This document shows, one piece after another, positions 36,885-46,288 of a stretch of 64,000 nt of DNA. Position 1 is the first letter of the stretch; the number at the start of each line of letters is the position of its first letter. The DNA comes from a virus. The stretch lies in the IMG/VR virus record IMGVR_UViG_3300045988_174170, one strand, 5' to 3'. The notes below the pieces were generated by a model. It saw only the letters and a list, made by a program, of their open reading frames with translations. It was not told where the DNA came from and made no database searches. The translations under genes were made by a program, and so were the position numbers.

Positions 36885-37202
36885 ATGGCGCTGTTCGAGT
36901 TCGAGCTCAAGCACCACGAAGATGTTATCGACGCAATCAATGAAGGCATTAAGATTCGCGTTGGTCAGATTCACCAGAACAGCAACGGCTATCTCACTGT
37001 GAACGTATGGTGTGGCGAAGACCGCGACTGCGCCGAGGTGTGGGTAGATGGTGACTATGACGAAGAGAACGCCCTTATCAAGCTCATCAAGAATAATGAT
37101 TATTATGACCTGGATATTAACTGGGAAGAGGGCTACCTGACTGTCGAATTTGACGAGTACGAAGAAGAAGACGACTGGGGCGACGAAGATGACGAGTGGT
37201 AA
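36885..37202 (+). CDS. hypothetical protein, paralog family B with acidic tail
   Basis: 105 aa, paralog of 20678..20923. Confidence 0.75.
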   Translation: MALFEFELKHHEDVIDAINEGIKIRVGQIHQNSNGYLTVNVWCGEDRDCAEVWVDGDYDEENALIKLIKNNDYYDLDINWEEGYLTVEFDEYEEEDDWGDEDDEW

Positions 37203-37339
37203 GTCACTCAACTAGCCCCTAGCCTATCTACCGTTTACCCCACCCTTATACTCAGGGGTGGGGTAAACGGAAACCAAAGCACCAATGACTTAACCAACAC
37301 TAACTAACTAATTTTCCACCAAGAAAGGGAATACCTACC

Positions 37340-37717
37340 ATGTCTATTATTACCATCGAGAAGCTGACCGACCTGCTGTTTGATGACCTGAACCGCATCG
37401 CAAGCATTATCAACACCCTCAACTCTGGCAACTTCCTCATGACCTGCTACGTCAATAAGTCCAAGGACAAGATGACCGCAAAGGGTGAAGTTGAGGCGAA
37501 GAAGATTAGCGCCAAGTACATTAAGCTCATCAAGGACGCGAACAACCTTAACAACGCAATCAATAAGGCTATCGCTGAACCGAACCCGAGCCGACACATG
37601 GCACTCCGCCCGAACAAGCGCGGCATGATGACTACCAACTGGGCGGGCGAAATCGAAGAGCTTCTAAAGCATGTCGATAAGCTGACCGAGAAGCGCATGG
37701 AGTTCCGCGCCCACTAG
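37340..37717 (+). CDS. hypothetical protein
   Basis: 125 aa, GAAAGGGAA RBS. Confidence 0.6.
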   Translation: MSIITIEKLTDLLFDDLNRIASIINTLNSGNFLMTCYVNKSKDKMTAKGEVEAKKISAKYIKLIKDANNLNNAINKAIAEPNPSRHMALRPNKRGMMTTNWAGEIEELLKHVDKLTEKRMEFRAH

Positions 37718-37827
37718 CATCTAAGCCACAAAACCATATAGGGGGTGGTGTACACCTTCACCATGTACCACACCCCCTATATGGACACCCATTTTCAACT
37801 CTAGCAACACAGAAAGGGGAAACCCTT

Positions 37828-38295
37828 ATGTCCATCTTCACTAACGGCGGGGCACCTAGCCAGGAAGCCCTAACCGCCCTCCTGAACGCCCTAGCACCTG
37901 CAACCATTATGAGCGACACCTGTAGGCTAACGGCTATTCAGCCGCGCGGCGACTGGGGCTTCCATAATAGCCTGTTTGGGGCATGGCACCCTATTCACGC
38001 TGAGGTGCCAACTAGCGCCACCCCTAAGGATGTTCGAGAGGCACAGTTTGCCCTGCTCCACAAGGCACTCACTGGCTGTACGGTGCGTGAGCTTGCAGAA
38101 GCACTCACGGAAGCCCCTGTAGAGGGGTCTTGGGATTGGTGGTGTGCCATTTACGACAGCTACCTCGGTGTGCGTGTTCAGGGGCGCGGTAAGACCCTTG
38201 AAGATACTCGTAGGCACATTATGGCATGGGCTAGTAGCATGGAACGCTCAAACCTTCTAGAACACCTAACGCCTATCTCTGACGAATCCATCTGA
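37828..38295 (+). CDS. hypothetical protein (one of only three TGA-terminated genes)
   Basis: 155 aa, GAAAGGGGAAA RBS. The TGA is followed by 16 sense codons up to the next gene's RBS. Confidence 0.6.
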   Translation: MSIFTNGGAPSQEALTALLNALAPATIMSDTCRLTAIQPRGDWGFHNSLFGAWHPIHAEVPTSATPKDVREAQFALLHKALTGCTVRELAEALTEAPVEGSWDWWCAIYDSYLGVRVQGRGKTLEDTRRHIMAWASSMERSNLLEHLTPISDESI

Positions 38296-38345
38296 CATTA
38301 CACAGTAACCACAACATTAAACACCCACAAGGAAGGGGAATAATC

Positions 38346-38792
38346 ATGACTCTGGGAATTATTCAATATGGAGGCAAGGAGCTAGGTTTTGGTACCTATC
38401 TATCAACCCCCCGACCTGCTGGCAAAATTATTGATGAAGTCATTCTACTGCACAAGGCATCTGAGTTAGACAGTAGCAAGACCAAGGTTTCCCTGCCGCG
38501 CCTTGATAAGATTAACCGTATCTGCTTTGAGGTCGAAGACATTCCTGTAGAAATTTCCTGGGACACCGACGGGTACGACACCTGTGATGAGGATACCTCA
38601 TGGGATTATTTCTCAGGGGGTGCTATTGCGTGCCTCATTAGCCCTAAAAGCACGGCATCCACCTCTGAGGAGGTTGTGCTTGACCGAACTGTTACGAAGG
38701 TAATGGGGCGAATCCTGGCTTTGGTTTCAGGTCTTGAGGTTATTGGTGAGATAGAAGAATATCATAAGGTCTATGAAAAGTACCATCCGTAA
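38346..38792 (+). CDS. hypothetical protein
   Basis: 148 aa, GGAAGGGGAA RBS. Confidence 0.6.
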   Translation: MTLGIIQYGGKELGFGTYLSTPRPAGKIIDEVILLHKASELDSSKTKVSLPRLDKINRICFEVEDIPVEISWDTDGYDTCDEDTSWDYFSGGAIACLISPKSTASTSEEVVLDRTVTKVMGRILALVSGLEVIGEIEEYHKVYEKYHP

Positions 38793-38917
38793 CACTTTGG
38801 CGGAAAGCCCCTAGTAGCTACAGGAATTAGTCGCTAGGGGCTTCCTATTGCTGGGTATTGCTGATTTTAGCTGGCTCATTGCCTGAGATTTAGGGAAATC
38901 TACAATCCCTAGCTAGA

Positions 38918-38972
38918 TGTGACTAGGTTCACGCGGTTTTGACTTGTATATCCTATTTGAGTGTGCCATAAT
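38918..38972 (+). promoter_or_regulatory. cassette promoter C14
   Basis: TGTGActaggtTCACg, TTGTAT, TGcCATAAT. Confidence 0.55.
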
Positions 38973-39039
38973 GGTTATATACACAGGGGAGAACCCCTAA
39001 AGCTACTTCTACCATCTACCTATTGAAAGGGTTTCAATT

Positions 39040-39462
39040 ATGGCGCTGGCAACTATCACCCCGCTTAACTTCATTGGTCGCGAGCTCACCGCAACTGACG
39101 AGCCGGGCAGGTTCCACATGGGTGAAATCACCGAGCTTAACCGCGAAGCCGTAACCGATATCATCCTTGAGGACCAGGAGCTTTCCCGGGTTCAGGCAAT
39201 CAAGGAGACTGAACCCGGCATCTTCATTCTAGCTCTTGATGTTTGGGATGAAGACCCGTACATGCCTGGCTCTGCCCACCATGCCGATTTTATTGCTTTC
39301 CTCCCCAAGGAAGGTCGCCGTTTCGAGGAAGCCCGCTACCTCATCATGGCAACCGCCCAGGCAGATGGCGAGCTTGCCGATAGGTTCCGAGACATGATTG
39401 AGCATGAGTGGAGCGCCCGCGCCGAGTTCAACTACGAGGATGAAACCATCACCGTCTTCTAA
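39040..39462 (+). CDS. hypothetical protein, paralog family A
   Basis: 140 aa, paralog of 19619..20038. Confidence 0.75.
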   Translation: MALATITPLNFIGRELTATDEPGRFHMGEITELNREAVTDIILEDQELSRVQAIKETEPGIFILALDVWDEDPYMPGSAHHADFIAFLPKEGRRFEEARYLIMATAQADGELADRFRDMIEHEWSARAEFNYEDETITVF

Positions 39463-39581
39463 AGTCGTTTGCAGTCCCACCCCTTATATTTAGGGTTGAG
39501 ACTGCAAGCCATACAATCCCAACTGACCATCTAACAAGTGTAAGCCGTGAAGAGCTTACACTATGAAAGGAAAACTGAAAC

Positions 39582-39977
39582 ATGACTATCCTGCGACTTC
39601 CTGAATCCCTGGAATTTGAGCTTGAGCTTGAGCCTATCGAGGGCGTAAGCATTGACGACATTGTAGAAGCCCTTGAAGCAGGGGCGGAATACGTCGAAGT
39701 TGCCGATACCTCACTTACTGTTATTGATAAGTATATGGAATTTTATTTCTACGATAGCAACGGTGAGCCCCTTATTGCAGATGAAGATAATGACGAAATG
39801 ATTTGCGGCTCACTAATTGGTGAAGCACGTAATGTTGATAGTGAGCAGAACTGCATCTATCGCACTATGCGCACCCTAGAGCTTGTGGGTGAAGTGGAAA
39901 GCGTTTCGTTTGATGGTGAAGTGCTTACCGTGTCCATTAGCAACTTTCCTACCCGCACCGGAACCCTAGCATACTAA
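39582..39977 (+). CDS. hypothetical acidic protein
   Basis: 131 aa, GAAAGGAAAA RBS. Confidence 0.6.
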   Translation: MTILRLPESLEFELELEPIEGVSIDDIVEALEAGAEYVEVADTSLTVIDKYMEFYFYDSNGEPLIADEDNDEMICGSLIGEARNVDSEQNCIYRTMRTLELVGEVESVSFDGEVLTVSISNFPTRTGTLAY

Positions 39978-40003
39978 CCCCCTTCCTGCACCCCTAACCC
40001 CTT

Positions 40004-40058
40004 TGTGACTCAATTCACACGTCTTCGAGTTGCAAAGGGGTTAGGGGTGTGTCATAAT
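40004..40058 (+). promoter_or_regulatory. cassette promoter C15
   Basis: Perfect TGTGActcaatTCACA, TTGCAA, TGtCATAAT. Confidence 0.6.
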
Positions 40059-40127
40059 AGTTATATAAGCGGTAGAGAAAAATTCTAGCGCACAGTCCAC
40101 TACCTACCTATTGAAAGGTTGTTTATC

Positions 40128-40514
40128 ATGGCAAAGCTCATTCTCGACGGTTACATGGGTATCAACACCGAAATCGCCTCCCTCCTGGTCGAAAACCACA
40201 AGTATGTAACCGACGACACCGAAAACGAAGAGCTCTGGGAAATCCTTGAGAATACCGCAACCAAGGTAGACATTTCGATTGGTGAAGAGTACGAAGATGC
40301 CGCCTGGTTTGACTTCACTTTCCACACGGACACCGACGATAGCCACATTGCATACGAAGGCGTGACCCGCTCCATTACCGGCGTAAGCGTAGTAGGTAAG
40401 GATAACCCCAAGTACGAAACCCGGCGATTCATTGCTAAGAGCGGCATGACCGCAACCATTGAAAGCATTGATAAAGGCATTATCTTCATTGACGGCGCAA
40501 CCAAGGACGACTAA
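40128..40514 (+). CDS. hypothetical protein
   Basis: Track 40119 (TTG). The ATG at 40128 follows GAAAGG. Confidence 0.7.
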   Translation: MAKLILDGYMGINTEIASLLVENHKYVTDDTENEELWEILENTATKVDISIGEEYEDAAWFDFTFHTDTDDSHIAYEGVTRSITGVSVVGKDNPKYETRRFIAKSGMTATIESIDKGIIFIDGATKDD

Positions 40515-40685
40515 CCCCAATTAGTCACCCGCCCCGCGTGAATACCATAAGGTACACGCGGGGCAAGCCCGCACCCCCACAACATTATCCCCAGCAGGCG
40601 ACAAAACCGCGCCGAAGAGTGATACAATCAATACGCACCCCTATAGAAGAAGGGTACCACACAACAGGAAAGGGAAGACCCTGCA

Positions 40686-41036
40686 ATGAACAAGGACATT
40701 CAAGAACTTATCGCCAAAATCAATAGTAAAGACTACGGTAAGCCCACCCTAAGCGGACACAACCTAAACCGCCTCATTACCCCAGAGGTAGGCTGGCTAC
40801 TGTCCTGTATGGAAAAGCGTGCCTCAACCGTAATCATGACCACCAAATACCCACAGGTACGCCAAAATGCACAAAATATTATGCTGGGCGCTATCAAAAC
40901 CATCACGCAGGAAGGTCGAGCCGCCCGCCGCTGGAATAAGCGAGGACGAACAGCCTACTACAAGGCACTAGCCCGACACGCCCTAAACCTTGAAAAACTA
41001 GGAAAAAGCAACACCTACACTATCTACATCCCCTAA
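40686..41036 (+). CDS. small basic protein (possible nucleic-acid binding)
   Basis: 116 aa, pI high by eye (many R/K), GGAAAGGGAAGA RBS. Lies in an AC-rich island. Confidence 0.55.
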   Translation: MNKDIQELIAKINSKDYGKPTLSGHNLNRLITPEVGWLLSCMEKRASTVIMTTKYPQVRQNAQNIMLGAIKTITQEGRAARRWNKRGRTAYYKALARHALNLEKLGKSNTYTIYIP

Positions 41037-41070
41037 ACAACAGACCCCACTAATGGAAGGAATACGCCCA

Positions 41071-41616
41071 ATGTTCAACACCTCAAAGCCCGCCCGTAAA
41101 GGAATCCGCCTCATGCTCAGCGACCGCAAGATAAACCGTGAGCTCAAAAAAATCAACAAAGCAAACGGTATCAACATCGCACTACAGTATCAGGCGAAAG
41201 CAACCCTAACGGCAACCCGTCAAGACCTCAAAGAAATTATCGAAGCCCTGCGCACCATAGGCGGCAACGAAAGCACCAATCCCTACAAGAGCGACCTAAT
41301 CCGCACCGCAAAGGTACTAGACAAGCAAATCATCCCCGCACAAGAAAAAACCGTCGAACAGCTAACCGAAATGGTACGCGCCGGACAAGAAGCCGCAACC
41401 AAACTCAACGAAGCCCTACGCAACAAGCGCCTCACCGCCGCCACCAAATCCCTAATCAGCAACGTGCAACACATCAACGCGCTACCCAACGTAGACGACA
41501 CCGACCTGAACCTCAGCCACGAAACCCTCAAGGCATACAACGAAATTCAGGACGAATATAAAGAACTAGACAAGCTAGACGATGAAGCATACATCAAGGA
41601 ACTACTAGCACGATAA
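41071..41616 (+). CDS. hypothetical coiled-coil protein
   Basis: Track 41053. M7 follows GGAAGGAA. Confidence 0.55.
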   Translation: MFNTSKPARKGIRLMLSDRKINRELKKINKANGINIALQYQAKATLTATRQDLKEIIEALRTIGGNESTNPYKSDLIRTAKVLDKQIIPAQEKTVEQLTEMVRAGQEAATKLNEALRNKRLTAATKSLISNVQHINALPNVDDTDLNLSHETLKAYNEIQDEYKELDKLDDEAYIKELLAR

Positions 41617-41645
41617 CCACCCACCCGACGAAAAGGAACCCTACA

Positions 41646-42167
41646 ATGCGGAAGCTTACCGCACAAGAGCACCTAGAAAACATCATTATTCAACAGAATA
41701 AAGACCAGTCCGTAAACCAGTACACAGCCCTACTATGGAATGAAGGCAAGACTGGATTTGAACGTCCACATTATATTATGGACTACGGAGAGTATAATAG
41801 TGAAGAAGAACTCTCAACGGTTCAGGGCATAATGTGCATCTCACTGCTCATCTTTGCCCCGCTAATGATTCTTGTTTGGTTGCTTCTTGATTTAGGTGTT
41901 GTGAACTTTATAGGTTGCCGAAACAATAAGTCTATTATTCGCGTATTTCAAGACCAAGGTAGCTGGGCACTTATAGGACTAGGATTTATTGCGCATTTTA
42001 TTTTGACTGGAGGCGTTACTTTGGTGTCTTCTGTGAGTGGTGGAACCTCTGGATTTTGGGGTATTTTTATGCTCCTAAACCTGATTGGTCTAGCATGGGT
42101 TATTCTTGCAGAAAGCGTTAATGCCCTAGTATCACTCGCATACCTTAAAACCCTAGAGCAATCGTAA
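41646..42167 (+). CDS. membrane protein (4 TM)
   Basis: 173 aa, AAAAGGAA RBS. Confidence 0.55.
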   Translation: MRKLTAQEHLENIIIQQNKDQSVNQYTALLWNEGKTGFERPHYIMDYGEYNSEEELSTVQGIMCISLLIFAPLMILVWLLLDLGVVNFIGCRNNKSIIRVFQDQGSWALIGLGFIAHFILTGGVTLVSSVSGGTSGFWGIFMLLNLIGLAWVILAESVNALVSLAYLKTLEQS

Positions 42168-42208
42168 CTATACCCCAGACCCTATAGAAGAGTATGGAGC
42201 CGCAACAC

Positions 42209-42640
42209 ATGCGTAAGAAACTAGCCGCACTCACGGCACTACCTGTGCTACTACTGACCGGGTGCGATAGTCCTAACCTTTGTGAAGTGAACATCAATGA
42301 GACGCGGGTTAATGTTGAGGTTCGCAACGTCTCGTCTAGCTACACGTGGTACAGTACCGAGTACTACACCTGCCCCGACGGTAAAGGCGTATGCAGTCGT
42401 CAAGACCCGCACTGGGAAGACGGCGGCCTTGATTGGCGTGAAGCAGGTAAGTATGATAACCCTGATGAGGGGTGGACTCACTGGGTGGGTGACGCTAAGC
42501 GGGTAGATAACCTAGACCAACCCTATAAGCTGGACGTTGAGAGTGACGACATGATTTGTGACGGTCGCGAGAACTATAAGGCGCGTGACGGCGAAATCGT
42601 AGCTCACAATTCATACTCCAAGTTCTATGTACGTAGCTAA
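42209..42640 (+). CDS. lipoprotein, paralog family F
   Basis: Track 42194. MRKKLAALTALPVLLLTGC is a classic lipobox signal. Conserved 'ICDGRENYKARDGEIVAHN' motif. Confidence 0.7.
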   Translation: MRKKLAALTALPVLLLTGCDSPNLCEVNINETRVNVEVRNVSSSYTWYSTEYYTCPDGKGVCSRQDPHWEDGGLDWREAGKYDNPDEGWTHWVGDAKRVDNLDQPYKLDVESDDMICDGRENYKARDGEIVAHNSYSKFYVRS

Positions 42641-42748
42641 CGCCACACAGTAACCCCCTCTAAGGGAACGAAGGCTACAGTCACCGCTGAAAGCTTCCAC
42701 CCCTAGAGGGGGTACCCCCTAACCCTACTAATAGAAGGAATTTAACCT

Positions 42749-43987
42749 ATGACTAACATTAGCTTCAACCCCGGCGACATCATTATCACTAGCCATGCCG
42801 TGACCGGCGAATACGGTATGCACACCATTGCAGGTACCAACGGTGGCGGCAATATCGCAATGATGAAAGATAGCCCCTACTGGGATAGGCGATACGCCCT
42901 AGAGTACAACCCCGGAATCACAGAGGAAGGACACCCCTACACTCACACTCTCTACCAGAGCGATAAGTGGTCAAAGCGCAACCCTAAAGGCTCAAAGGCA
43001 GAGCCGGTAAACATCATCAACCACTTCACCAAGGAAGAAGCCGCCAAACGGAACATTGACCGATACTATGCCAACCTCTACAAGGCACATAACCTACTAG
43101 CTGATATTAGGCGTGAAACCCGGCATGACAAGCCGGTACCACCACTGAACCAGTGGTGCAACAACCCGCACACTGTAGCCAGCGAACAGGACGTGACCGA
43201 CATTATCCGTTGCTTCCAGGAAGAAAGCAACGAGCATGTCGAAAACTACCGCAAGGAAACCGGGTGGGCGGTAGACATTATCAATGACCATGCACGACAG
43301 GATGAAGAGCAAGTAAACGCCTACATGGGCAAAGTGCGGGCAAGTAAGGTTATGTCCGGCTGTGAGTTCATCTATCTACAGGACGGAATCACAGGAATCT
43401 ACGACATGGGCGTTACCGTAGGTGACATTCTACAGGTAACAACCCGCCACGGCTGGCAATACTTTCAGGTGACCGGCGGCAACACCAAAAAGGCTACCTT
43501 GAAGAACCTTGACACGGGCGACGAAAGTACCCTAGCCGTAGTAGCAACCCACGACGACAGTAACCCCTCATTCTGTCAGCCTGACTGTGACCTTGAGTTC
43601 CACTACAAGACCGACCTACAGCTAGGCTGGGCAGACGGAACCGTAGATACCGTAGCAGAGTACACTATCTTGCCTAGCCCTGACCTGGAACTAGTGGAAG
43701 ATTACCATGCACTAGTGACGGGACAGCATAAGTCATTGCATAGTATGCGCAATATGCTCGGCGGTTACGAGCAGAGCTTGATGAGGTCTAGCTTCACTCT
43801 TGCAAACCTGTGTGTTGAAACTGACAGGTTATTGCATGAGGTCGGCAATATCTTCCGTATCCAGAAGCTCAAGGAACATACACGCGAGCATATTAAGCAT
43901 GAAGTCAATGACTACCTAGAAGAGTCCAAGCGGAATCACGCTGAGCTTTGGTCATGCTTGCAGGGCATTGCTGAATTTAATAGATAG
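42749..43987 (+). CDS. hypothetical protein with N-terminal 'NPGDIIIT' motif
   Basis: 412 aa, GAAGGAA RBS. Confidence 0.6.
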   Translation: MTNISFNPGDIIITSHAVTGEYGMHTIAGTNGGGNIAMMKDSPYWDRRYALEYNPGITEEGHPYTHTLYQSDKWSKRNPKGSKAEPVNIINHFTKEEAAKRNIDRYYANLYKAHNLLADIRRETRHDKPVPPLNQWCNNPHTVASEQDVTDIIRCFQEESNEHVENYRKETGWAVDIINDHARQDEEQVNAYMGKVRASKVMSGCEFIYLQDGITGIYDMGVTVGDILQVTTRHGWQYFQVTGGNTKKATLKNLDTGDESTLAVVATHDDSNPSFCQPDCDLEFHYKTDLQLGWADGTVDTVAEYTILPSPDLELVEDYHALVTGQHKSLHSMRNMLGGYEQSLMRSSFTLANLCVETDRLLHEVGNIFRIQKLKEHTREHIKHEVNDYLEESKRNHAELWSCLQGIAEFNR

Positions 43988-44010
43988 AGCACTATACCAT
44001 CTAACCCTTA

Positions 44011-44065
44011 TGTGAGCTATTTCACGTGAATCTAGTTTGCATAAGGGTTAGGGGTGTGTCATAAT
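44011..44065 (+). promoter_or_regulatory. cassette promoter C16
   Basis: TGTGAgctattTCACg, TTGCAT, TGtCATAAT. Confidence 0.6.
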
Positions 44066-44135
44066 GGTTATATAAGCGTTAGGGAATCACCCCTAACACG
44101 TAATCCACTAACTATCTACCGAAAGGCTGGACACT

Positions 44136-44567
44136 ATGACTGCAAAGAAGACCTACAAGGTTTCCCCGTTCTTTATGTCTAAGAGATTTGCAAAGGCTGA
44201 ATGGGAAACCCAGGAAGAACATAATGAAGACATTATGAAGCTGGCAAACTCTTTCTTCCTTGCAACCCGCCCCGGTAGTATTATCACCATTGAGAAGGCA
44301 AATCAGCATTACGGCGAAGATATTGTACTGATTAAGTACCCTGTTACCAGCCTTGAAAAGATGGGTGACTATTGGGAATACTACGTTAGCATCCGCAACC
44401 AGGTCGCCCAGTCCTGGTCTGACCGTGGATACGAAACCCCTATGAACGGTAAGTACAAGGTCATCAAGTCAGAAGACGAGGAATGGGTACGTACCGGCGG
44501 AGATGAAGGTGCATACTACTGCGACGGCATGACCCTCACCCTTGAAAAAGTAACCGAAGAGTTCTAG
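44136..44567 (+). CDS. hypothetical protein
   Basis: 143 aa, cassette leader. Confidence 0.7.
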   Translation: MTAKKTYKVSPFFMSKRFAKAEWETQEEHNEDIMKLANSFFLATRPGSIITIEKANQHYGEDIVLIKYPVTSLEKMGDYWEYYVSIRNQVAQSWSDRGYETPMNGKYKVIKSEDEEWVRTGGDEGAYYCDGMTLTLEKVTEEF

Positions 44568-44966
44568 CCCCCCCCCATAGGCACCCCCTGGTAATAGGGG
44601 GTGCCTGGAACCATACTATCCACTTACCTATTGAAAGGTTTCCCAATGTCCAAGAGTGCCACCTGTACTTTTTCTGAGCCTATTTCTTTTGATATTGGCT
44701 TCGGTTTGCCCTAGGTTTATCCAAGCGCACCTAAGCTCCAAAAGCTAGTACGGGAATACGTAGTGGCTGAGCTTTATAAACCCACCTATTCCCCGCCTGA
44801 TAGAGTGAACAGGCGGGGAATAGGCACACCCCTTACACCTCAAATCGACAGGAACAGTAGAACATGCTCCTAGTAATCATCGCCATGTCATGCCCCGCGC
44901 TACTAGGCGTATGGTGGGCTGTGAACGTGACCCTATAACCAACCATTCAGAAAGGCTAGATGAATA

Positions 44967-45353
44967 ATGAGAGAAGTTAATGTAACCCCCGAAATGCTAC
45001 GTGAAACCGGCGACAAGGTATGGGCGACTATTCGGGAGATGAGGCGTAACGTCCGCATCTGCAACCTTACCGACGAACTACCTAAAGATAACCCCACCTT
45101 TAGTGAAATGGACACTATTACCTATAAGCTCGAAAATCTAGGACTTACACTCAGGGGTATGACCAACGACCTCGAACATGCCCTACAGTCACCAACCGGA
45201 AAGACGGGCATTAAGTCCCTAGAAGTAATTGTGCGTGATGGGCAGGTAACCCTCAATGAAGCTAACCGCATGATTCAAGAAGGGGAAGCTAGTATCGAGA
45301 CACTTATCCAGGAAATCGCTAGAAGCAAAGAGCGGGGTAATGCGGATAAGTAA
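44967..45353 (+). CDS. hypothetical protein
   Basis: 128 aa, GAAAGG RBS. Confidence 0.55.
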   Translation: MREVNVTPEMLRETGDKVWATIREMRRNVRICNLTDELPKDNPTFSEMDTITYKLENLGLTLRGMTNDLEHALQSPTGKTGIKSLEVIVRDGQVTLNEANRMIQEGEASIETLIQEIARSKERGNADK

Positions 45354-45418
45354 ACATGGGGTGCTTGGGTGACTGTGACTAGCCTGTAATACCAAGAGTA
45401 TCCCCCAAATAACCCCCG

Positions 45419-45473
45419 TGTGAGCTATTTCACTTGATTTTGGCTTGCGTAAGGTTTTAGAGTGTGTCATAAT
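45419..45473 (+). promoter_or_regulatory. cassette promoter C17
   Basis: TGTGAgctattTCACt, TTGCGT, TGtCATAAT. Confidence 0.6.
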
Positions 45474-45548
45474 AGTTATATAAAGCAAAGGGGTGCTACC
45501 CCTAATACCAGTTCCACTATCTATCTATCTACCGAAAGGGTAACCATC

Positions 45549-46013
45549 ATGACCGTATCTATTGCTAACCTCCGCAATGCTTTTGCAACCCTTCAGAATG
45601 AGGGTCATGCAACCCCGCTCGTGGCACGCTTTGAAACCCTGAACCGTACCGAGCTTGAAGATGATGTATACACCGAAGAGTTTACCCACATCGGCAACTA
45701 CGTAACTGTTGAGTGGGAGCTCGAAGACGGTATCATTATCGGTTTTGATGAAGCTATCTACTACCTTGCAGGTGAAGAGCTTGAAGCTTTCAGTGAAGCC
45801 ATTAAGGAAGGAAAGCTCTACTTTGAGCATACCCAGGAAATTCCCGCCGGTGCCAATCTCAAGGAAGTACAGGATGAAGTAGACGCAAAGATTGAAGACA
45901 TGGTATCCGCATGGACTGAATACCTGTTCGGTGACATTGAGCTTGAAGAGTCCCCCTCCTCTTCCTACGAAATTATGGACATTGAAGGGGAATATGAGGA
46001 ATACGAAGGCTAA
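45549..46013 (+). CDS. hypothetical acidic protein
   Basis: The track ORF 45462 begins inside the cassette. M30 follows GAAAGGG. Confidence 0.7.
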   Translation: MTVSIANLRNAFATLQNEGHATPLVARFETLNRTELEDDVYTEEFTHIGNYVTVEWELEDGIIIGFDEAIYYLAGEELEAFSEAIKEGKLYFEHTQEIPAGANLKEVQDEVDAKIEDMVSAWTEYLFGDIELEESPSSSYEIMDIEGEYEEYEG

Positions 46014-46194
46014 CACCAAAGCCCCTTAGCTACAAATAAAAGCTAAGGGGCTTCATTATTGCCCTAAAATACCCCCTGGAAGCCCTCTAGGGGGTATTTC
46101 GCGCCCTAAAACTAGTTGATAGTATAACTTTACCCCCAGGTAAACAAAAGCCCCCTACGGGGCGATAGGCGGCGCGTCAAAATATATATATGTT

Positions 46195-46203
46195 TGCTAT
46201 AAT
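46195..46203 (+). promoter_or_regulatory. extended -10 promoter TGCTATAAT
   Basis: An AT-rich tract (aaaatatatatatgtt) precedes it, and GTGACATAAGG follows. Confidence 0.4.
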
Positions 46204-46288
46204 TGACACGTGACATAAGGTGTAATATGTGCCGCAATGACCACGCAAACATCCCCCTAAAGGCTAGATAGAAAGGAAGTCCTAGCCC

